Assembly (NCBI GenBank): GCA_002633005.1
Contig: NMRA01000387.1
Coordinates: 55,658-119,657 of the forward strand
Direction of reading: 5' to 3'
Length of the DNA stretch: 64,000 nucleotides
Origin: Phoronis australis
Taxonomy: Eukaryota > Animalia > Phoronida
Positions within the stretch are counted from its first letter, which is position 1, and every line of letters begins with the position of its first letter. Under the pieces are notes generated by a model. The model was not told the origin of the DNA. It saw nothing but the letters and a program-made list of their open reading frames with translations, and made no database searches. The position numbers and the translations under genes are program-made. Of the stretch, positions 24,879 to 35,330 are shown piece by piece.

Positions 24879-26051
24879 AGGCCTTTTGCGAGTTAATAAC
24901 AATAACGCGAGATTATGTGAGACTTAACTGTGACATCACGGGAAGTGGGGCAAAAGCTTGTCGTTTGGTCATTTGCCCAATACGGTAGCAGAGTGTATTC
25001 TGTTATTGTCTTCGAGTTTTTAGCCGTTTAGTTCGAAAAATGTCCAAAAGCATTGCTGTTATGGCAAATGAACTTCAGATTCGCACTACAATACGTTCTA
25101 TCGCGTTCTGTACTAATTTCGTCCCGTGTATTTTAAACGGGCGGTAGGCGAAATCCGCTCACTGGTAAAGTTTTCACCTCGTCGAAAATACATTCTACAC
25201 CTAAAATTAGCACCTAAAAGGCTCTTACTTTCTTCAGTGACTCTTTCTGCTTCTAAGCATATCTTCGATGAAGCATATATACGGGAATTCAGGTGACTTA
25301 GGCGAAGAATTCCAACTCCACTTTGTGGTTACTGTTAACTTTGTCCGCGCGCGCGATTACCACAATCAAGTAGTTCAACTGAGTCAGGTGAGTATGAGGC
25401 AAAGGCTAGCGCGAGACTGAGCGAAGCGCGAGATCTGGCGCGTGACCTGGCGCGTGACACTTGCAAAATAGCATGAGAAAATATCAAGTGAAATTTGTAA
25501 GATTTGTGTCCCTTGGACTTTTTGTTCGTCAACAGGCGTGATTTCACGTAACTTCCTCAAAATGGCGGCTCTTTAGTGAGAGAAACTCGAGAGAACCGCG
25601 AGGTTTTCATGAATATGCTCAAGTTATTTGTAGACTAAATTGTGTCCAGAGTCAGGGTATGTGTTAATTATAACTTCATGTGCACATATGCATGTTTCAT
25701 TTGATTTTATTTGCTGTATTTTGAAGTGAATATCTTTTTATGGGGATACACTATCGCCCCTGTATGCCTGCGCCATTCAGGCCTAGAGCGGGTTAAGTTC
25801 CAATTTCAGTCCGTTCACAGCTTCGCACAACATAACAAGGTCACATTTTCTTCGTCTATTCACAGTTATTCCACGACCCATCTACCATATCTTAAGTTGT
25901 TTTAACGTTTTAAGCGTAAAATTCACCATAAGAACTCCAGTAAGTTTTAGCGTGTGCAGCAAAGACTCGGGGCAAAGCAAGAGCAATATGGCGGGTTTTG
26001 CCCCCTTTCCGGTGACGTCACAGTGACTAGCGAGAAACTCGCAAGTGAGCT
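24879..26051 (+). mobile_element. ISL2EU (PIF/Harbinger-related) non-autonomous element with 2-bp AT TSD, private to U2
   Basis: TIRs AGGCCTTTTGCGAGTT / AACTCGCAAGTGAGCT. The empty site in U3/U4 reads ATTCTAATTTCGTC; here it reads ATTCTAAT[element]ATTTCGTC. THAP-like start (HCCYGK*TSDS) at ~25040. Possible nested TTAA-flanked piece at 25335-25796. Confidence 0.75.
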
Positions 26052-27539
26052 ATTTCGTCAGTGTTCTTTGTCAAAACATAACGATAAAAAGGGTCCAAGA
26101 ATCTGAACTGGAATTGCCGTGTGAAGAATTAATGATAGTACACTAGGCCAATGCAAAATTCTGAGAACTTATCCTAATATATATTCAACTATAGAAATTA
26201 ATTAAAGTAAAATGCATATTATCTGAAGCCAGAAAACTTGTAGAATTAGGTTGGGCTTTTCAGTTGGTCAATGTTTCGTTGACTGGGTCACTTGATAAAG
26301 TCATTTTTGAAAAATTCAGCAAGAGATAGTGCGATCTCAACAAAACAACGGGATATCTAGCACGAGCAAATTTAGACACAACAATCAAGATGAAGCCTCA
26401 ATAATTCTGTCACAGTTTCCGTTGCAATTTTGATTACCCTTCACTTGGATCTATAAAATCAATTTGGAGAAGGTTTCATAAAGGATAGTGTCTGAAAGTT
26501 TCATATGAATCCCATATGCCGTCTCTGAGATGTGCTGTTCCGAAGTTAGCCAAATTGTGACATTGACTATGGTTTCACATATTAGCAATTGGCAGATTGG
26601 TTTGCCCGTGTAGCAATAGTTGTGGCGAAAAATGAATTTCTAATCTTTCATCACCGGGACGTCACCACTGCGTTGATACCACAGACGTATGCCGTACATT
26701 TACGTTTCTAACACTATCTCCGCCAGAGGCACGAGAGTGTCGGCATTAAGCGATTCGACAAAGGCGTATTCACGCAGCCGGGGAAATCTATCGCGCTACA
26801 TCGAGACGTTTTGCTTTCGAAACATATGGATTCTGCTGATTTTGCCTATAAAGGCAAACTATCTGCACTTTGCCGAAGTAATCTCAGTTCTAGTAATCAA
26901 TGGGCATGAACTGTAGTGGAACACTTCGTGGGTGTTTTCGCCTGGAAATTCACTTTTTTCTTGGCGGCTAAATAAAGTATTTCTTATTCATTATTTTAAA
27001 AACACCACATCTAAAATTACACGTTTTCTGTAAAAACAAATCTGTCTTATACCCAAGCATGTATTTTGTTGTTTTTGTGATTTCTAAGAAATGCTGCCTG
27101 TTAACTATGACTGAAATCGATGAGAACAAAAATTGTTTCAGAAAAGCTTATATTGTTTTCAGTCTTCGACTGACTAACCGATTGAAACCCTTCGCTAGGT
27201 TTCAAAATTCTAAGGATCTCAGCCAAAATCGGTGACTTCATTAAGGTCTCATATGATAGAAAACTCAATATCTTGAACGACCAAATCTGCTTTCAGTTGA
27301 AAACCAGACAATTATAACTATTAACCTGTGCACATTTGGGGGTAACTATTGGCAGAGTACTCTGTTGTCGGATCATAATGCCTCAACATTAAAGGCCAGT
27401 GTGTGTAAATTTAATGAAAAACGATTCGAGAATACTCCTGTTGCAGCCTGTGCTTTAAAGGTTTTACAGTTTGAAAATGTCCTGCAACATTTTGGAAACA
27501 TCTCAAAATGCTTCCAGGAATTAACATGTAATCAATTGG

Positions 27540-27851
27540 AAACAATTGGAATCCATAAAATAGAACTGGTATTGAATCGCGCGACTGTTCTTGGCCAATG
27601 GTATTCATTTTCGGAAGTGTAAAAATAATAAAAACATTTCCTACCTTTAACAAGTATTCGTTAATCCAAAATATTTCTATATTGTCACCTGTTTTTTCAC
27701 AGAGTTAACAAAAAACATCCTTTTGGACTTTCTTACTTTCAGCCTCTACCAATCTGCTACTTTGGTTATCCAGTCGGAGATCTTGCTCATCCAGTCTGCG
27801 ACACTGACCCTTCAGTTTCAGAACTAGTTCTCCCATTCCTTCTTCAAGTTC
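27540..27851 (-). pseudogene. U3 copy of the coiled-coil exon (large internal deletion follows)
   Basis: Acceptor TTTACAG|GAACTTGAA; ELEEGMGELVLKLKGQCRRLDEQDLRLDNQSSRLVEAESKK. Confidence 0.5.
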
Positions 27852-27885
27852 CTGTAAAGACATCCTGAAACTGACTGGAGTCAAC

Positions 27886-29885
27886 AATTTCACTATTGAA
27901 TATTACTTACAAACTTTTGTCTGGTTGTATTGCTAGACGCCTAAAAGGCGTCCTCGGACCCCTTATTCACGAGAACCAACAAGGTTTCATGAAAGGCAGA
28001 TATATTGGGGAAAACATAAGAATTTTATATGATGTAATTCAATTTTTAGACTGTAAACCCTTTCCCGGACTCCTGTTAATGATCGATTTTGAAAAAGCTT
28101 TCGACTCGGTCTCCTGGTCTTTCATCCTCAAGGCATTATCATACTTTAACTTTGGCCCAAGGTTCATTGACACGGTCAAAACACTCTACAACAAATCTTG
28201 TCTCTGTGTTCTCCAACATGGATTTTTCTCTGAATTTTTTGAAATGGGGAGAGGCTGTCGTCAAGGAGACCCCATTTCTCCTTACCTTTTTTTATTATGT
28301 GTAGAAATATTGGGTAATTTAATTCGTCGGGATGGTGGCATCACTGGTGTCAGGATAGGTGTTTCTGAGTTTAAATTGATCCAGTACGCTGACGACACTT
28401 GTTTGATTTTGGACGGTTCTGAGTTATCTCTAAGATCATCTTTGAATTTAATTGACCAATTTGCGAAATTTTCTGGTTTGAAGCCAAACNNNNNNNNNNN
28501 NNNNNNNNNNNNNNNNNNNNNNNNNNNNNNNNNNNNNNNNNNNNNNNNNNNNNNNNNNNNNNNNNNNNNNNNNNNNNNNNNNNNNNNNNNNNNNNNNNNN
28601 NNNNNNNNNNNNNNNNNNNNNNNNNNNNNNNNNNNNNNNNNNNNNNNNNNNNNNNNNNNNNNNNNNNNNNNNNNNNNNNNNNNNNNNNNNNNNNNNNNNN
28701 NNNNNNNNNNNNNNNNNNNNNNNNNNNNNNNNNNNNNNNNNNNNNNNNNNNNNNNNNNNNNNNNNNNNNNNNNNNNNNNNNNNNNNNNNNNNNNNNNNNN
28801 NNNNNNNNNNNNNNNNNNNNNNNNNNNNNNNNNNNNNNNNNNNNNNNNNNNNNNNNNNNNNNNNNNNNNNNNNNNNNNNNNNNNNNNNNNNNNNNNNNNN
28901 NNNNNNNNNNNNNNNNNNNNNNNNNNNNNNNNNNNNNNNNNNNNNNNNNNNNNNNNNNNNNNNNNNNNNNNNNNNNNNNNNNNNNNNNNNNNNNNNNNNN
29001 NNNNNNNNNNNNNNNNNNNNNNNNNNNNNNNNNNNNNNNNNNNNNNNNNNNNNNNNNNNNNNNNNNNNNNNNNNNNNNNNNNNNNNNNNNNNNNNNNNNN
29101 NNNNNNNNNNNNNNNNNNNNNNNNNNNNNNNNNNNNNNNNNNNNNNNNNNNNNNNNNNNNNNNNNNNNNNNNNNNNNNNNNNNNNNNNNNNNNNNNNNNN
29201 NNNNNNNNNNNNNNNNNNNNNNNNNNNNNNNNNNNNNNNNNNNNNNNNNNNNNNNNNNNNNNNNNNNNNNNNNNNNNNNNNNGGTGTTATAAATAATGTA
29301 AATTTTAGTGACTCTGATTCATGGTGGAGAAAAGTAAATAAACTCCCCTTCAATTGTACAAAAGATACAAAATTGCGTTGGTTTCAATACCGCTTAATTC
29401 ACAGAATATTGCCAACTAATAGTTATTTACATAAAATTAAAATAAAAACAAGTGATTTATGCTCTTTCTGTGGTGAACACAGTGAAACTTTTCTCCATCT
29501 GTTTTGGGAATGTCGTCTTGTCTCCGTTTTCTGGCTCCTGTTTACTGACTGGTTAAAACAAACATATCATGTAAATTTTCATGTGGACAAGGTAGCAGTG
29601 TTTTTTGGTTTTTTGGGAAACATTCAGTCGGAAAACTGTAATATTAATTTGCTGATCATGCTAGCAAAAAATTACATATTTAGCCAAAAGTTTGTTAAAA
29701 AAAATCTAAATTTCCAATTGTTCATAAACTTTATTAAATTACATCCTGAAGGAAATACGGTACTTGTTGAGTAATGATTTAGTGTTATCTTTTGTAAACG
29801 ATGTATAGTATATTGTTTGATTTGACTTGTAATTATCATGCTAGAGCAAAATAAAAAACTTCAAATGAAAAAAAAAAAAAAAAAA
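27886..29885 (+). mobile_element. 5'-truncated L1/Tx1-clade LINE (RT + zf-RVT, poly-A tail), private to U3
   Basis: Open RT frame ISLLNITYKLL...QQGFMKGR...IDFEKAFDSV...GCRQGDPISPYLF...QYADDT. C-terminal RWFQYRLIHRILPTN..CSFC...ETFLHLFWEC. AATAAA at 29850 and A18 at 29868-29885. N-gap at 28490-29282. Confidence 0.95.
28490..29282. other. Assembly gap (N run) inside the LINE
   Basis: Run of N. Confidence 1.
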
Positions 29886-30859
29886 GGTAGGTCAACCACG
29901 AATTCTAAAGGTCAACCGGCATGTCTACCCAGAATTTTACAGCTCAAGCAGCAGGTCTATCCGGAATTCTACAGCATTAAACGGACATTTATCAGACTTC
30001 ATTCTAACAACAAAATACTATTCAAATATACATTGTAAATCAAATCCATTTGAAACTATGTTATGAACTGAAAAGTTTCAACATTGAAAATTAAAGAGAG
30101 GGAATTCATTCCATAACTTCAAAATATTGGACAAACATGAGCAGACATAAGTATGTTCAAATCTATATTAATTCAGAAATTGTGAACATGAAAAATTTTA
30201 ACAGTAGATGGTCCTCTCTGGATATTTTGTTTCCTAATTTTGTCGGCAGGTCTCGAAATACGTGCGCGCGTGAGTGTGGTGTGCATATGTGTGCGTGTGT
30301 TTTCTGTCTATTGTACTTTGATTCTTTGCTTTCACTAAATGAATAAAATATATACATAAGGGCAACTTCGAATAAAACGTGAGGCCATCTTGATTGACAA
30401 TATATCAAAAATATATTGAGGTGTGTCTTGTAGTAATTAATAATAAAACAAAATTACAAATAAAGGAAAACTTTCTAGAATATCCAATGAATTAGAAAGA
30501 AAGAAATTGCTACACCGTCTTGAAAACGACCATGTTAAAGTTAAACAGTACTGTACATTGGAGGGTCAAAATGACCAGCTTCAAAGTAAAATAGAATAAG
30601 ACTTGTAGCGGACTATTAAAGATGCTATGTCTCATTAAATACGTAAATATTTGAATTTGTAGCAGTGCCACCTAGTGACTTCTTGGGGAACTGTATATAC
30701 ATGTAAAATCAGGAAAAGAAACAATTTGTAAATGAATAGCGGTTTTAAAAAAACACTTCATTGATACACTTAAAAACAAGTGCGAACGTATAAAGAACCC
30801 TAGTAATTCCAAATATTACACAACCGTTATTTGATAGTGTAATCTACAAATAAATAGAG

Positions 30860-31495
30860 AATACAAGCCTCGGGATTTTGACGAAGTTTCCAAAACGTTA
30901 GGATTTGTTTTCTCACATGAACGGTAAAACGATCTTTTTGCCGAAAAACTCGACGTGTTTAAAACTTTCAACCACATGACGCCACTTTTGTAAAAACAGG
31001 CTTGCGTAATGTAAAGTAAACTCAGTTACTTTTAGTTAATGGTTTCATTTTAAACTTAACAATTGTAAATTGCATTCAGCTTTCGTAACAATATTGAAGT
31101 TAGAATCTAATAAATGGTCTTTGAAGTTGTAACATTAAAACTTAACAAACATTTATAAATAACAGATAGCGGGCCTCCCCGCGCGTGGATACTGAATTGA
31201 CCTGCTAGAGACAGCACAGCTAGACAGTCTCACCGCGTTTCTTAAGCTGGGGTTCGCCTCTGTTTGGATGAACGTGGATATGGAATTCGCCGCCGTTTAA
31301 GTAGTTGTTTGCATGTCCTTCCGAATGAGTTGCGACAACTGATTTGTCAATCATAACATTGTCACATTCACGGAATTCCGTCATTGTTAGGTTGCCGCGC
31401 CCTTGGTTGTTTTAGTGTTTTGCAGACGATAAAAAATACGTTCTCGGTGTTATTAAGCAGTCGTGTCGTAACACATTTCAGGTCATGTCAGAATT
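30860..31495. mobile_element. Unclassified ~630-bp insertion private to U3
   Basis: Absent at the colinear sites in U1 (~20985) and U4 (~36195). Begins ACAAG and ends ...AATTAAAA, like Helentron-type elements. Confidence 0.5.
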
Positions 31496-33261
31496 AAAAC
31501 TATGCCATGTTTCATTACGGTAAAGATAGAATATCACGATACGCATTTAAATGAAAATGTATGGCAAAACAAGACTTTCGCGAGACTGTAATGACAACTA
31601 GTTCTCTGATGGTTTCCAGCACATTGGGACCCCGGGGTTCTTTGTTAATTAGTACTTCATTTGCTTATTCACAATTTAATGAGACTCTGCATCTTTACGC
31701 TATACATAATTATTACACCTCCGTTCTCACGATAGAATATTCATGAAAAACGATATTTGTCAACTTGCTTTATATCACGAGTGGATTTTTAAGCCTAAAA
31801 CATGTAGTGTACATTTTTAGTCTTGATTCTATAACCTACAAATGTGTGTTTTTGACTTTTTTAAAGCCATTTAGCTCGGAAACTTGGCTGTCAACAATTA
31901 TGAGTCAGCATATCTTGAAAAATGTCTTTGACAATCGAGCTCTTGGCCTAGAAGGCCCTAAAGGAAAATGCTCACACAATTTTTGTGCCTGGCAACACAA
32001 AGAAATGGGATTTGCAAATTTCGTGCAAAGAATTAACGCTTGATGAAATATTTTAAAAATCACGGTTTTATTGTAGAAAAGCAGCCACACGATTACAGTG
32101 CATTCACGTAATATGATTCTTTGATCATCAAGAATTTTTCAAATATGTAGCTTTAATCGTCTACTATATGTATCAATACTCCCGAATTTATTTGATAGTA
32201 ACCATACCTGCTATATCCTTAGGAGAACCCATGAGATATCCCACTTCCGAAGACATGACTAAAAACACCGCCGGCATGCTACTTAGGAGACTATACGGAG
32301 ATTTTTCTTTTGAAAAGTTCATATCGCGTCTTATGACATCTTTAGATCTGTCAGTGTATTATCATCACAAAAAGTACGTGACGGTGGAGTCCTCCCACGA
32401 GAACTGGGATTGGGCATGCTATGACTTACCAAAATTCTTCTTTGCAATGTGGCAATTTCTGAAAATATAAGAACATACAAGGGAAGGTACAGTTGTTAAG
32501 AAATCATGGAGACAGACAGTTACTATTCTTATTGGAACTCTTTTACTTGTTTCTCATGAAGTTACGGTGGCCACGTGGGTTCTATTTCCGGTTGAGATAT
32601 GTGGTTTTTGTTGTGCGGTTTATTGATAGTTTCCAGTTGCGAATCCAAAATGTTTTGGACGAGACAGCTTGCACCACCAGCAAAAAAGAACGAGGACGCC
32701 ATGACGACATAGTTTTTCGGAATTGTTGCAACTGCTTGTTTATCCTTTGCAAATAGCACTCCAGCTGTGACTCCAACCTTCGCAAAATTCTAATTTCGTC
32801 TGTGTTCGTCAAAACATAACGTGAAAAAAGGTTTACGAATCTGAACTGAGATTGCCTTGCGAAGAATTAAATAATATACACTTGGTCAATGCAAGCGTCT
32901 ATACACTTATCCTAATATATATACAACTACAGAAATGAATTCAAGAAAGGTGCACATTGTCTGAAACCAGAAATCTTTTAAAATTTGCTTTGGGATTTCA
33001 CGTGGTCAATGTACCAGTTGGGTGAGCTGACAATTTCATTTTTGTACAATTCAACAAAAAGGAATAGTGCGATCTTAACAAAACAACGATATATTTAACA
33101 CGACCAGATATCGTTGTATAAAAACGTTCAAGATGAAACCTCAATAATACTGTCATAGTTTCCGTTGTAATTTTTATAGCCCTTCACTTGAATCAATTTA
33201 AAACAATCGTTAAAATCATTTTGGAGAAGATTGCATAAAGCATATTATCTGAAGTTTCATA

Positions 33262-33688
33262 TATACACAAAACGTACCGAACGTGGCGTACATGAAATAA
33301 TATCCCACGAGACATTATGCTGCCTCCGATAGTATCGGGTGCTGTCATGGCCAGTGACAAAAATGTTTGATATTGGCGAGAAATCGGTGCCTGAGTTTGC
33401 AGACGATATATCTTAGCAATTAAAAACAGAACTGTCATATAATTAACAGTCCTGTTCCAGATGTTACGACTGAGACCTGGTTGTATGTTGAGTGGTATTT
33501 ACACTGCTACAATTGTATTACTTTAATCTATTTTCCAAAAGTTTGATGATCGAACCGGCTAACGACGTTGAGTCGACATTGGCCTACTTTTTGGACCTTC
33601 AATGTCAGAGTAGTGCGGGATGTGAATACCGAAAACATTATTACATGGCCGTATTTAACTCGACAGATTCAACGCGTATGGGATAAAA
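33262..33688. mobile_element. Crypton-like repeat insertion private to U4
   Basis: Splits TTTCATATGAATCCCATATGCCGTCTCTG (intact at ~26500); homologous to 45990-46680 in reverse and to 15265-15285. Confidence 0.6.
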
Positions 33689-34399
33689 ATCCCATCTGCC
33701 GTCTCTGAGATGTGCTGTTCCGAAGTTAGCCAAATTGTGACAATTGCTATGGTGTCACATGTTAGCAACTGACGAATTGGTTTGCCTGTTTAACAATAGT
33801 TGTGGCGGAAAATGAATTTCTGATCTTTCATCTCCGAGGATGTCACAATTGCGCCGAAACCACAGGCGTATGCAAATTATACGAGTTTCTTACAGTATCT
33901 TCGCCTGAGGCGTGAGAGTGTCAGCATTACTCGATTCGACACTGCCGTTTTCACGCAGACGGGGAAATCTATCGCGCTATTTCGCGACGTTTTCTTTCGA
34001 AACAAATCCATTCTGTTCATTTCACCCATCAAACCAAACTGTTGCCGGACCAATCTTGGTGTTAGTAATAACCTGTTAGAGAACATTTCGTGGGTGTTTG
34101 GCAATTTACTTTTATCTTGGCAGCTAAATAAAGTATTTCTTAACTCATTATTTTAAGAGCCCCACATTTAAAATTACAAGTTTTCTGTAAAAACAAATCT
34201 GTGCTATGCCCAAAACGATGGGAGCAAAAATTGTTTCTGAAAAGCTATATAGTTTCCAGTTATTGACTAATTAACCGATTGAAACCCTTCCCTGGGTTTC
34301 AAAAGAATTTCATGACCTCAGTCAATCGGTGGTTTCACTAAAGTATTATATGATAGAGAGCTCAATATACTGAATGACCAAATCCGCCCAATTTCTTGC

Positions 34400-35330
34400 A
34401 TCATTTTTACAAAACATTTAGAAGTTTTTTTAGAACGTTGTAGAAATGTAGCATAGTTTGGAAAGGCTTAAATAATGAGCCACAATCTGTGACATGCTTC
34501 CGAAATGTTTTGCTGTACAAATGCTTTACGAGGCCTGAGTATGTGAATTCAAAAGCTCCACCAGCTCAAGATTGTGGTCAAACAAGCAGAATTGTCAAAA
34601 AAATATTTCGAACAGACTACCGAAGTCGCTCAATATCATGCGGCAATGTAGATGTGTCAAAGCCCACCTAGATCTTCAGCCCGAGTTAACCGTAACTGTC
34701 TACATGGCTCAACCACGTGGTACAGCCAATGGCTGGAATGATCAATCAATTTGCCAAACTTATCTTTCTGAATGGCTAAAATTTGGTGCAGTTGTGTTGT
34801 GCCAGGCTTTATTGAAGGTCTGCGTCTGTGAATACTTTTTTCTGACAAGTTGCGTGTCCGGGAGTGGTGCCACAAGACTACCCAAAAGCGTTCATAAGCT
34901 GCCTAGTTACATATGTTGGAAAACCTTGGTCTTTCACTAAAGCCTGCAACACAGTTTTAAAAGTTTAACCTTTGGAGTGTATCTTTAAGGTCCAGCCATA
35001 ACTTAAAAGTTCAATTGGAATCCGTAAAATAGAACTACTGTAGCATTGAATCGCCCAACCGTTCCTTGTACAATGGTATTTATTTTTGAAAGTGTAGAAA
35101 CAATAAAAAAATCCTACTTGTAACGAGTATTAGTGATTCCAAATTACTTTTACATTTTCACCCAGCTGATTTTCATTCACAGAGTCAATAAAAACATCCT
35201 TTTGGTCTTTCTTACTTTCGGCCTCCACTAGTCTGATACTTTGGTTATCCAGTCGGTAATCTTGCTCATCCAGTCTGTGATCTTGACCCTTCAGTTTCAG
35301 ATCTTGCTCTTTCATTCCTTCTTCAAGTAC
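34400..35330 (-). pseudogene. U4 copy of the coiled-coil exon
   Basis: Acceptor TCTCTACAG|GTACTTGAA; VLEEGMKEQDLKLKGQDHRLDEQDYRLDNQSIRLVEAESKKDQKDVFIDSVNENQLGE. Confidence 0.5.

Noticed and set aside
29890-29985. CRISPR-like 32-bp repeats
   Set aside because: Contiguous tandem copies with no spacers, no cas genes and a eukaryotic context.
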